From: Verrucomicrobia bacterium UBA6982
Lineage (GTDB): Bacteria > Verrucomicrobiota > Kiritimatiellia > RFP12 > UBA3636
Direction: 5' to 3'
Assembly: GCA_002448475.1 (NCBI GenBank)
Contig: DJYI01000139.1
Location: 19,732-83,731, forward strand
DNA length: 64,000 nucleotides
Shown: in pieces, positions 9,254 to 17,669 of the stretch
Layout of the letters: the number at the start of each line of letters is the position of its first letter
Position numbering within the stretch: the stretch's first letter is position 1
The notes under the pieces: generated by a model
The model's database searches: none
Seen by the model: the letters and a program-made list of their open reading frames with translations, nothing else
What the model was told of the DNA's origin: nothing
Position numbers and translations under genes: made by a program

Positions 9254-10546
9254 CTAGGAAATGAAGGATTTTGCAAGAATCGGAAGTCCAGGGTCGCGAG
9301 CCCCGAATGTCGCGGCGATGTCGCGCCCTCGCGCCTCGGCGCGAACGACTGCGGCGGCATCGCCTGGAGTGGCGGCGAAACGCGCCGGAGCGCCGCGGGA
9401 CGCCAGCGCGGCGACGAAGTCCTCGGAACGGACGGATCTGTCGGCTGTGCCGCCGGCGTCGAAGACAGGAAGCAGCAGAAGTCGGTCGTCCGGTCGCAAC
9501 GTTGCCGTGAACATTTCAAGCAGATCGTCCCACATCGCGCGCAGAGGCCCGTATCCGTGCGGTCGCCACACGGCAAACAGCCTTTCGGAGCGTTTGCGCA
9601 GGGCGAGCAGGGAGGCGCGGAGCTTCTCAGTGTTGTGCGCATAGTCGTCAACTGCGCGGAGTCCGTCCGCTCGCCGTCCCACAAGTTGCATTCGCCGCGC
9701 AAGGCCGCGGAACGTGGCGAGCGCGGGCGCGAGCGACTCGCGCGCGGCTCCCAGCGCAATGGCCATGCGGCAAGCCGCCGATGCGTTTTCGGCGTTGTAG
9801 GCTCCTGGAAGCGGGACGGCGATCCGCATGCCGTCGAGCGAAAACGACACGCTCCATTCGCCCTCGACAACGTCATGCGCCGGATTCTCTCCGCGCGCAT
9901 CGACGACCGGCCCACGAACGCGCGACGCGAATTCGTCGAAAAGCGCGTGGGTTTCAGCAATCGGAAAATGGTCCGCCGACTCATTGAGAATTATTGCGGC
10001 GGCGGGAGAAAAGGCGAGAAACTGGCGGTTGCTTTCGTCCGCCTCCGCGACCCATGGACCGTTCCCGGCAAGGACCGCTCCGGTGCGCCCCGGCCGCATC
10101 CAATTCACGCACGGTGCGCCGTTCACCACGCGCGGATCCATGCCGCAGCAGCGGAGCAGGTGCCCGAGCATGGCTGTCGTTGTGGATTTGCCGCTGGTTC
10201 CGGCGACCGCCACGAGTCGCCGTCCATCGAAGAGCCGTGCAAGTTCGTCGGCGCGGCGGCTTGATGGGATGTTGGCGCGACGGGCGGCGGCTAGATCAGG
10301 ATTGTCGTCCTCCACCGCAACGCTTGCGACGACGCGGGCGGTAATGCCCGGTCGAATTCCGGAGCCGTCCTGCGGGAAGAATTCGACTCCTTGTGAGCGC
10401 AGGGCCTGAAGCGCCGGAACCGGCGCGGAGGAATCGAGAAATCGGTCCGAGCCGCTCACCGCCTCGCCGCAGTCGAGCAGAGCCTCGGCGAGCGCGGACA
10501 TTCCGGTGCCCGCGGCTCCCACAAGATGGATGACGTTTGGTGGCAT
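9254..10546 (-). CDS. Mur ligase family protein (MurC/Mpl-like; possibly the murein-peptide recycling ligase Mpl)
   Basis: HLVGAAGTGMSALAEALLDCG (Rossmann N-domain), AVAGTSGKSTTTAML (P-loop) and AEADESNRQF (a DESD-like motif). murC is already present as the fusion at 1979..4279. The start is the ATG at 10546 (MPPNVIHL). Confidence 0.6.
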   Translation of the reverse strand: MPPNVIHLVGAAGTGMSALAEALLDCGEAVSGSDRFLDSSAPVPALQALRSQGVEFFPQDGSGIRPGITARVVASVAVEDDNPDLAAARRANIPSSRRADELARLFDGRRLVAVAGTSGKSTTTAMLGHLLRCCGMDPRVVNGAPCVNWMRPGRTGAVLAGNGPWVAEADESNRQFLAFSPAAAIILNESADHFPIAETHALFDEFASRVRGPVVDARGENPAHDVVEGEWSVSFSLDGMRIAVPLPGAYNAENASAACRMAIALGAARESLAPALATFRGLARRMQLVGRRADGLRAVDDYAHNTEKLRASLLALRKRSERLFAVWRPHGYGPLRAMWDDLLEMFTATLRPDDRLLLLPVFDAGGTADRSVRSEDFVAALASRGAPARFAATPGDAAAVVRAEARGRDIAATFGARDPGLPILAKSFIS

Positions 10547-10589
10547 CGCGAAAGCCTGGGAGAAGAGGGTGGGGGAGAGTAGGTTTCGC

Positions 10590-11915
10590 TTACAGAAGAC
10601 CCGACGGCGGGAGGGGACCGACAAGCGGGCGCGCCCAGGAGATGAATGCGGGAGTGACGTCGTTGCCCGACTTGGCAATGAAGGCGTCAGGCATCGAGCG
10701 CGTGTTTTTGGCGACTTTTTCCACGGGAACAGCTACAAATTCCACTGCGTATGCTCGGCCCTGGCGGCGGCGGATCGAAATGGATGCCGCTTCCGCCGGA
10801 GCGCCGGCCGCGGCGCGGGCGAGGGCGTAGCGGACAGCTTCGGCTCCGACCGCGCGCGCCTCTGCGCTGTCGCTTTCGCTCGCCATGCCGGGAAAAGTGC
10901 GCTGAAGGTAGCCGAATGTGTCGGCGCGGACGCGTTTGATTCCGGTCTTTTCCTTCACAAGATGCGCAAGCCAGTCGCCGAGGGACCCGCTGCCAGAGAG
11001 CTGGAGGTTGCCGTGAGAGTCGCGCTCGTTGGAGAACTTCGACGCAACCAGAACCCCGCGGGAGTCTCGAATTCCCTCGCTGGCGGCCACGACGCAGCGG
11101 CCTAGTCTGGAATAGACGGCTTTTACGTCGGAGACGAACTTCTGCGGCGAAAACGCCCTCTCCGGCAGATACACGAGGTGAGGGCCGGAATCGCGCCCCG
11201 TGCGAGCCAGCGCGGAGGCGGCTGTGAGGAACCCGGCGTCGCGCCCCATGACGATGTCAATTTTTACCCCTCCGAGCGCTCGGTTGTCTAGATCGTCGCC
11301 GCGCAGGGCGCAGGCCACGAAGCGGGCTGCCGAGCCATAGCCTGGAGTGTGGTCGTTCTCGAGCAGGTCGCAGTCTATCGTCTTTGGCACGTGCACCACG
11401 CGCAGTGGTGCGCCAGCCTTTGCGGCATGCGCCGCAACGATGCGCGCGGCATCGGCGGAATCGTTGCCTCCGATGTATAGGAACAGCCCAACCTTGCGCC
11501 GCAGCAGCGCTTCAAGAATTCTGGCGCAGTCCTCCTCGGTTGGCTTGTGTCGGCATGAGCCGAGCGCCGCAGACGGAGTGGCGGCCACTGTTTCGAGCCG
11601 TTCGGGGGTGACGCGGCGAAGGTCGATCCAGTCGTCGGAAAGAACGCCGTCAATGCCATGGCGAGCGCCGAGAATGCGTCCGACCGAGGCGCCTGCGTCA
11701 CGTGCGGCGGCGACGGCGCCGACAAGCGACTGGTTGATGACCATTGTTGGGCCGCCGGACTGGGCGATTGCGAGATTCGGAAGATTTTTCACGGTTGATT
11801 CGAGTTGTCGGCGCGCCCCGGGGCGTTGAGCAAAACCGCCCAGTCGTGCCGGGAACGCATCGTAACAGACCGCCCCCAACCGTGCAACGAAAAGGAGAGC
11901 GAATGGTTTGGCCAA
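10590..11915 (-). CDS. 6-phosphofructokinase family protein (probably PPi-dependent)
   Basis: PFK hallmarks are present: SGGPT...N, VPKTIDCDL (like PKTIDND) and MGRDAGFL (MGRxxG). The start is uncertain: 11915 is a TTG, and a GTG at 11792 would give a shorter product starting VKNLPNLAI. Confidence 0.75.
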   Translation of the reverse strand: MAKPFALLFVARLGAVCYDAFPARLGGFAQRPGARRQLESTVKNLPNLAIAQSGGPTMVINQSLVGAVAAARDAGASVGRILGARHGIDGVLSDDWIDLRRVTPERLETVAATPSAALGSCRHKPTEEDCARILEALLRRKVGLFLYIGGNDSADAARIVAAHAAKAGAPLRVVHVPKTIDCDLLENDHTPGYGSAARFVACALRGDDLDNRALGGVKIDIVMGRDAGFLTAASALARTGRDSGPHLVYLPERAFSPQKFVSDVKAVYSRLGRCVVAASEGIRDSRGVLVASKFSNERDSHGNLQLSGSGSLGDWLAHLVKEKTGIKRVRADTFGYLQRTFPGMASESDSAEARAVGAEAVRYALARAAAGAPAEAASISIRRRQGRAYAVEFVAVPVEKVAKNTRSMPDAFIAKSGNDVTPAFISWARPLVGPLPPSGLL

Positions 11916-12064
11916 AACCTGTCCATAGTTTGCTGACTAAACACACATGATTCTGTGCATTTAGTTCGGTGGACTACGTTGAAATAGTCCATTTGTGTTT
12001 TTTTCACAAACTACTTGCATTCCGTCCTGTCTTATGGTAGTGTCCCCGCATCTAGGATACGCCC

Positions 12065-13363
12065 ATGCTGATTGAAGCCACATTCGAAAACCTCCTTTCC
12101 TTTGACAAGCCCACCACCTTCTCCATGGTGGCCGGCAAGATCACGAAGCAACACAAGGACCATGTCAGAAAAGTCGCCGGAACATCTGTGTTGCGAGGGG
12201 CCATTCTGTATGGCGCCAACGCCGCCGGAAAGACGAATGTGATCAAAGCCTTGGCTCTGTTTAACCAAATGCTCTTGACAGGGGATTGCGGAGCGTTTTT
12301 AGGAAACAGGTTTCTCTTGTCGGCAAAGCCTCGTTCTGACATGATGTGCGAACTTGTCGTCAGCAATGCAGAACATGTTTTCCGTTATCATGCCACAACG
12401 GACGGAAAGGCTATTCGCAAGGAATCGCTTTGGTTGATTTCCCCCACAGGCGATGAACTGCTCTTCGACCGATCCAACATCGGTGTCCGGCGCGGTCCAA
12501 TGCTAGACGATCCATGGTACCAATGGCGGACCGTTCAGGACAAAACTCCCTATCTTTCAAAACTCGTTTCCGACGGACTTTTTGAACATCGCAGGCAAAT
12601 TCCGAATTCTGACATCCTGATTGAAGCCGTCATGGCATTGCGGTTCGTAGTCCCGCTGTCCTTCGTTGCCAGCGTCTCAATTGTTCCGATGTTCATCGTA
12701 GGCGGTGCCGGAAGATTCAAGGACTTCCTGAAAGATTTACTCGTCAAAGCCGATGCCGGTATCACAGGCGTGACAGGCATTCCCCTATCCAAGAAGACAT
12801 TGGAAAGCCTGCCGCTTGCGACCGCCATGTCGCGACCTGACATGGATATTCTTATGGGCAGCACGTCCGAGCTTTCCTACGGCTTTTCCTTCAACGGTAA
12901 ATACATAGTCCTGTCACGCTCAAAATCGGGATTCAAGGGCGAAGAGATTCAACTCCAGCATGGGTTGACGACATTTCCTCCAGAGGCGGAATCCGAGGGG
13001 ACGCGTCGACTTGTCGAATACGCACCGCTTTTTCTGTTCCTTCGGGAAACGCCTGCGGCATATCTCGTCGACGAATTCGACAGCCATCTGCACCCCGCTC
13101 TTTCGAAGTTTCTGCTTGAAACGGTGTTTGCAACAGCCCATCCGGAAGCCCAGTTCATCGTTACCGCTCACGACACGACGCTGATGACGCACGACCTTTG
13201 GCGGACGGATGAAATCTGGTTCTCCGAAAAAAGGCAGGACGGTTCGACAGATCTTTACTCGATGTACAACTTCACGCCGCGATTCGACAAGAACCTCGAA
13301 AAGGGCTACCGACAGGGACTCTACGGCGCGGTTCCCTTTCCGGGTGGAGAATGGCGCAGATGA
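12065..13363 (+). CDS. AAA_21/AAA_15-type ABC-like ATPase (AbiLi / OLD-family ATPase-like)
   Basis: Walker A is GANAAGKTN and Walker B/D-loop is AAYLVDEFDSHLHP, followed by the ...VTAHDTTLM... region typical of SMC/OLD-like ATPases. It sits in a low-GC islet and its 3' end overlaps the next gene. Confidence 0.75.
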   Translation: MLIEATFENLLSFDKPTTFSMVAGKITKQHKDHVRKVAGTSVLRGAILYGANAAGKTNVIKALALFNQMLLTGDCGAFLGNRFLLSAKPRSDMMCELVVSNAEHVFRYHATTDGKAIRKESLWLISPTGDELLFDRSNIGVRRGPMLDDPWYQWRTVQDKTPYLSKLVSDGLFEHRRQIPNSDILIEAVMALRFVVPLSFVASVSIVPMFIVGGAGRFKDFLKDLLVKADAGITGVTGIPLSKKTLESLPLATAMSRPDMDILMGSTSELSYGFSFNGKYIVLSRSKSGFKGEEIQLQHGLTTFPPEAESEGTRRLVEYAPLFLFLRETPAAYLVDEFDSHLHPALSKFLLETVFATAHPEAQFIVTAHDTTLMTHDLWRTDEIWFSEKRQDGSTDLYSMYNFTPRFDKNLEKGYRQGLYGAVPFPGGEWRR

Positions 13364-13986
13364 AATCGAGTGCCTCACCGGCGGATCGGCCTCGCATCAC
13401 CGCCACGGTCTACCTCTTCCACGAAGGGGCGACGGAACTCCGCTATTTCCAGGACCTCGCCCGAAATCGCTCCGTGCGCATCGTCCGCCGGGAGAGGAAC
13501 GCCGCTCCGCTCAAGCTTCTTGAAAGCGCGGTCCGGTTCGTCAACCAGAACTGCCGGGCGATTGCGAGAACGACGCCCGATCCGCATGTCTGGGTTGTCT
13601 TCGACGACGATGAGAAACCCGACATCCGCGACGCCGCCGATTGGTTCGTTCGAAACCGCACCTCGATTCCTGACGCCTTCCGCGAGCGCTTCCACGTCGG
13701 CTACATGAAACCCTGCATCGAATTGTGGGGCATGCTCTGCCATCCGAACGGTCGGACTGCCTTCCGCCGTGCCCGCACCCACGTCGAGATGCAACGCGAA
13801 CTGCGCCGCGTCATGCCATCCTACGACCACGACGCCAATCCCTACTTCGACGTAAAGACGATGACTACACTTCCGTTCGCCTGCAAAACAGCCGAAAGCT
13901 GGGAACATACATCCGGTCCTTTTCCCCAATGCATCAACACCTCCTTCTTCGCTGGCATTTACCAGCTTGTTAGAATCATATCGTGA
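13360..13986 (+). CDS. RloB-like (Toprim-like) protein, partner of the upstream ATPase (AbiLii-like)
   Basis: The N-terminus ITATVYLFHEGATELRYF matches the RloB signature (ILIVcEGekTEpnYF-like). The ATG at 13360 forms an ATGA overlap with the upstream stop at 13361-13363. An in-frame ATG at 13351 is an alternative start. Confidence 0.65.
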   Translation: MKSSASPADRPRITATVYLFHEGATELRYFQDLARNRSVRIVRRERNAAPLKLLESAVRFVNQNCRAIARTTPDPHVWVVFDDDEKPDIRDAADWFVRNRTSIPDAFRERFHVGYMKPCIELWGMLCHPNGRTAFRRARTHVEMQRELRRVMPSYDHDANPYFDVKTMTTLPFACKTAESWEHTSGPFPQCINTSFFAGIYQLVRIIS

Positions 13987-13993
13987 ACGTAGC

Positions 13994-14037
13994 TTGCAAA
14001 AGTAAACGCACCTGATTTGGTGCGTTTACTTTTGCAA
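13994..14037. terminator. Perfect 19-bp inverted repeat (TTGCAAAAGTAAACGCACC / GGTGCGTTTACTTTTGCAA) with a 6-nt loop; a candidate terminator or protein-binding palindrome
   Basis: Read directly from the sequence. It lies 8 nt after the RloB-like stop. There is no U-tract on either side. Confidence 0.4.
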
Positions 14038-14203
14038 ACGATGTCAGGAAAAACGGGATAAGCCTGATCAAAAATTATCTTGAACGCCAATTCCGGTGAT
14101 GGTAGAATCCCCGCCGTTGAAGCGATGCTGGAACCTTGTTCCGGCGAATTTTCGTCAGTCTATTTGCGTTTGCGGTCGCACTTTCGAACACACGAGGGCA
14201 TAC

Positions 14204-15172
14204 ATGTCAAGGTTTCTTGATCCAAAGGCGGACGTCACGTTCAAGAAGGTGTTTGGCGAGCACGGGAATCTCGTCATCAGCCTTCTAAACGCCATGCTTC
14301 CCCTCGACGAAGGCAAGCAGGTCGAATCCATCGAGTATCTTCCTCCGGAGCAGGTTCCCCGGACTCCAACTGGCAGGAATTCCATCGTTGACGTCCGTTG
14401 CGAGGAGACAGGCGGGCGCAAGTTCATAGTCGAAATGCAAATGGAGTGGACGCCGGAATTCCAGCAGCGCGTCCTCTTCAACGCCTCCAAGGCATACGTC
14501 CGGCAGATGCGCAAGGGCTCGAAATACCACCTGCTTCAGCCGGTCTATTCGCTCAACTTCATAAACGACATATTCGCCCCCGACCTGCCCGGCTACTATC
14601 ATTACTACCACCTCGTCCACTATCTTCATTCCGACAAGGTGCTTGACGGACTTCATCTCGTGTTCGTTGAACTGCCGAAGTTCAAGGCAAAAAGCCTCGC
14701 TGAGAAGAAGATGCAGGTTCTGTGGCTGCGTTTTCTGACGGAAATCGACGAAAACACCAGAAAAGTCGCCAAGGAACTTCGAGACAATCCGCAAGTCAGC
14801 GAGGCCCTGGACATCGTCGAGGAGTCCGCTTTCAACGACGAGGATCTGGCCGCCTACAACGGGTTCTGGGACCGCGTGAGCCGGGAGGCCACGAAAAAGG
14901 CGAACATGGACCGTGCGTTTGCCGAGCGAGACGCCGCCGTGGCAAATCTCAACGCTGCCGTGGCAAAGCTAGACGCCGCCGTGGCCGACCGCGACGCCGC
15001 CGTGGCAAAGGCGGATGCCGCCGCCGCGAAAGCCGATGCCGCAATAACTAAATTGCTACAGACAGCGCGAAAGCTTAAATCGCGTGGTTTTTCCGACAAA
15101 GACATCGCCGCCATCACGGGCCTTGACGCCGCCACAATCTCAAATCTGTCCAACCTCCATATCCCACAATGA
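14204..15172 (+). CDS. Rpn/YhgA-like PD-(D/E)XK nuclease, putative transposase-like recombination-promoting nuclease
   Basis: The N-terminus MSRFLDPKADVTFKKVFGEH and ...VDVRCEETGGRKFIVEMQ... (the nuclease core) are typical of the Rpn/transposase_31 family. The start is the ATG at 14204. The upstream 36 codons of the ORF are probably not translated. Confidence 0.65.
   Translation: MSRFLDPKADVTFKKVFGEHGNLVISLLNAMLPLDEGKQVESIEYLPPEQVPRTPTGRNSIVDVRCEETGGRKFIVEMQMEWTPEFQQRVLFNASKAYVRQMRKGSKYHLLQPVYSLNFINDIFAPDLPGYYHYYHLVHYLHSDKVLDGLHLVFVELPKFKAKSLAEKKMQVLWLRFLTEIDENTRKVAKELRDNPQVSEALDIVEESAFNDEDLAAYNGFWDRVSREATKKANMDRAFAERDAAVANLNAAVAKLDAAVADRDAAVAKADAAAAKADAAITKLLQTARKLKSRGFSDKDIAAITGLDAATISNLSNLHIPQ
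14927..15052 (+). repeat. Six tandem 21-nt (heptad) repeats encoding DAAVAxx, at the C-terminus of the Rpn-like gene
   Basis: The nucleotide unit is gacgccgccgtggcaaa.... The protein reads ERDAAVA NLNAAVA KLDAAVA DRDAAVA KADAAAA KADAAIT. Confidence 0.6.
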
Positions 15173-15412
15173 ACTTTCTTCTAAAACAGATCGTCACCGC
15201 CTTTCCAGCTGCATTCGCCCATTTTTGTTCCGTTCACCCGTAGGGGCCACTCCTTACTCCCCACGCTTCTCCCTCGTCACTTGCTACGGCTGCAACGTCC
15301 TCCACGTCAGCCTAACCTGTCTGGATTTGACACTTTCACCGTCTCAGTGAATCCTACCGACTGGATCAATCACCATACCGCCGGCACCTCGCTCCGTAGC
15401 CGCGAGCGACGG

Positions 15413-16060
15413 ATGCGGATGTTCGCCGACGCAATCTCGGCGGTAGGGCTTCGCGGTGCGACGATTCTCGACGTCGGCGGAACGCGCGCCTACTGGGAAA
15501 ACTGGGCGCACATGCTCCCGCCCGGCGCCGTCGCTCGGATCGATGTCGTGAACCTGCCGGGACAGATGGGCGATCTTGCGGGTCGGACGCTCGAAATCGC
15601 AGGACTCCCTGTTCGCTTCATTGCTGCGAACTTACTCGACGGCCAATTCCACGCCCTCGACGCGCGCTACGACGTCGTCCACTGCATTTCCGTTATTGAG
15701 CACGTCGGCGACGCCGCCGCGCAGCGCACCTTCGCGGACGCCCTCCGCCGCCTCGGCGACCGTCTCTGGGTCCAGACCCCGGCCAAGGAGTTTCCCCTCG
15801 AAGCGCACTTCCGCCTCCCCTTCTTCGCCTGGTGGCCCCTCCCCCTTCGTGCCTTCTTCAACTGGCGCTTCCGCCTTGGCGTCATGCCCCGCCACCGCTC
15901 CTGGCCCGAGGCCGTCGCCTTCTGCCGCTCCACCCGCCTCCTCACCCGCCGCGCCTTCTCCCGACTCTTCCCCTCCTGCAGCCTCTGGACCGAGCGCGTC
16001 CTCCTCCTCCCCAAGTGCTACGTCGCATCGTCCATTGCCCCATCCGCCCGAATCTGCTAG
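15413..16060 (+). CDS. Class I SAM-dependent methyltransferase
   Basis: ILDVGGTRAYWE is motif I (like LDVGCG), and ...YDVVHCISVIEHV... is the post-II motif typical of MT_11/12. The start is the ATG at 15413 (MRMFADAIS). The upstream 44 codons of the ORF are unlikely to be translated. Confidence 0.6.
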   Translation: MRMFADAISAVGLRGATILDVGGTRAYWENWAHMLPPGAVARIDVVNLPGQMGDLAGRTLEIAGLPVRFIAANLLDGQFHALDARYDVVHCISVIEHVGDAAAQRTFADALRRLGDRLWVQTPAKEFPLEAHFRLPFFAWWPLPLRAFFNWRFRLGVMPRHRSWPEAVAFCRSTRLLTRRAFSRLFPSCSLWTERVLLLPKCYVASSIAPSARIC

Positions 16061-16307
16061 AATCACGCCCCGTGACGCCAATTTCCACCAGCAAGTTCAC
16101 GTTTTCCGACCCTTATCGGGAGGGATGCATCCATGTCGACTCGCGCCACCCCTTCTCCGGCGCCCGCGTCATCCTCGTCGCCGCCGGCTTCTCCCCCAAG
16201 ACCCGCAATCTCGTCCGCCCGAAAAGCGAGACCATGGCATGCCCCTGCGACATTCCGGCTTCGCCCTGCGGATGCTCCATGGTGCCAAGTCTGATCGAAT
16301 AAACTGC

Positions 16308-17624
16308 ATGTCAACATCCCGACCATCATTCTGTTGCTCTTGCGGCGCTTGTGCCTACCTTTCAGGCAATCCAACGGCGCGCATGGTTCCGTCCCGCGAA
16401 GGACCGCGCCCCTGCGTCGACGACTCCTCGCAAGGGGCGCTCGACCATTCGGTCTGTCCGGGCGTCGGCATCGACTATCCGCGCCTCTATGAGGTACACT
16501 ACGGCCGCCATCCCGACAACTGGCTCACCGGCATCGTCCAAAAGGTCCGTACAGGCCATGCCGCCGATCCGACAATCCGCCTCGCCGGCGCATCGGGCGG
16601 CGTCTTGACGCGCGTGCTCCAGTATCTGCTCGAGACCGGGCGCATCGACGGCGCCGTTGTCGCCAAACAGGGTATCCCGTCCCCGATGGAGGCCTCCGCC
16701 GTCATTGCGACGACGCCGCAGGAGGTGCTGGACTGCGCCGGTTCTGTTTACATTCAGGTTCCGATGATTCCAGCCCTCGCCCGGTTCGAGCCCGGCAAGC
16801 GCTATGCGTTTGTCGGCACGCCGGAACAGACAGCCGTCCTCCGAGAGCTCCAGCGCCGCGGAGATGCACGTGCCCGGCAGGTCGCGTTCGTCCTCGGCCC
16901 TTACACGGGCACGGCCCTCTCCCCTCGCGCCCTCGAATACTATCTTCGGTCCAACAAGGTCGCGAAGGAGGATCCCGTAACGTCGGTGCAATGGCGCGCG
17001 GGCAAATGGCCCGGGTATCTGGAGATTCAGACGAAATCCGGCGTCATCCTCCGCTCGCCGAAGGTCTACTACAACTTCCTCATCCCGTTCTTCGTCACCG
17101 ACACGTCACTCCTCTCGCGCGACTTCTGCAACGAGTTCGCCGACCTCGCCGTCGGCGACGCCTGGTCGCCGAAGTTCGAGAACGCCGGCGAGGGCGGCGT
17201 TTCGGTCGTCGTGACGCGCACCCCGGAGATGGAGACGGTCATTGCCGAAATGTGCAACAAGGGCCTTCTCGCGCTTGAAGAGGCCGATCCCGCAAAAGCG
17301 GGCGACATGCACGGCCACATGCTCGACTTCAAGAAACGCGGCGGCTACCTCCGCGGTCGAATGCGTCGCTTCTTCGGCCGCCCAGCGCCGGACTACGGAT
17401 ACCGTCCCGCGCGCATCGCCTTCCCGCGCCGCGCCGTCGAGCTCATCATCTCCTCGGTCTTCTTCCTCTGCCGCTCCGCCCCGGCCCGGTGGATTGTCTG
17501 CCGGATTCCCGAACGCATCCTCGGCCCCTTCTTCAACTGGATGAGGCTCCGTTGGAAGGCACTCTCCCGCCCAACCAAGCGCAAAGGGCTGGCCCAGTAC
17601 GACGTGATCATCACATCCCGCTAG
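16308..17624 (+). CDS. Coenzyme F420 hydrogenase/dehydrogenase beta-subunit-like Fe-S protein (FrhB/FdhB family), the kind that accompanies polysaccharide pyruvyl transferases
   Basis: An N-terminal Cys cluster (CCSCGACAYLS) followed by an FrhB_FdhB-like body. It is the C-terminal part of the 682-aa ORF 15576..17624. The start is the ATG at 16308. In-frame ATGs at 16239 and 16272 are alternatives. Confidence 0.6.
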   Translation: MSTSRPSFCCSCGACAYLSGNPTARMVPSREGPRPCVDDSSQGALDHSVCPGVGIDYPRLYEVHYGRHPDNWLTGIVQKVRTGHAADPTIRLAGASGGVLTRVLQYLLETGRIDGAVVAKQGIPSPMEASAVIATTPQEVLDCAGSVYIQVPMIPALARFEPGKRYAFVGTPEQTAVLRELQRRGDARARQVAFVLGPYTGTALSPRALEYYLRSNKVAKEDPVTSVQWRAGKWPGYLEIQTKSGVILRSPKVYYNFLIPFFVTDTSLLSRDFCNEFADLAVGDAWSPKFENAGEGGVSVVVTRTPEMETVIAEMCNKGLLALEEADPAKAGDMHGHMLDFKKRGGYLRGRMRRFFGRPAPDYGYRPARIAFPRRAVELIISSVFFLCRSAPARWIVCRIPERILGPFFNWMRLRWKALSRPTKRKGLAQYDVIITSR

Positions 17625-17669
17625 CGCCCGCCGCCACCCTTCACATTTCACCCTTCACTCTCCACGCTT

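Noticed and set aside
15576-16307. The N-terminal 244 codons of the 682-aa ORF 15576..17624
   Set aside because: They overlap the methyltransferase gene in another frame and translate to Pro/Ser/Ala-rich low-complexity sequence. The FrhB-like protein plausibly starts at the ATG at 16308, just before its Cys cluster.
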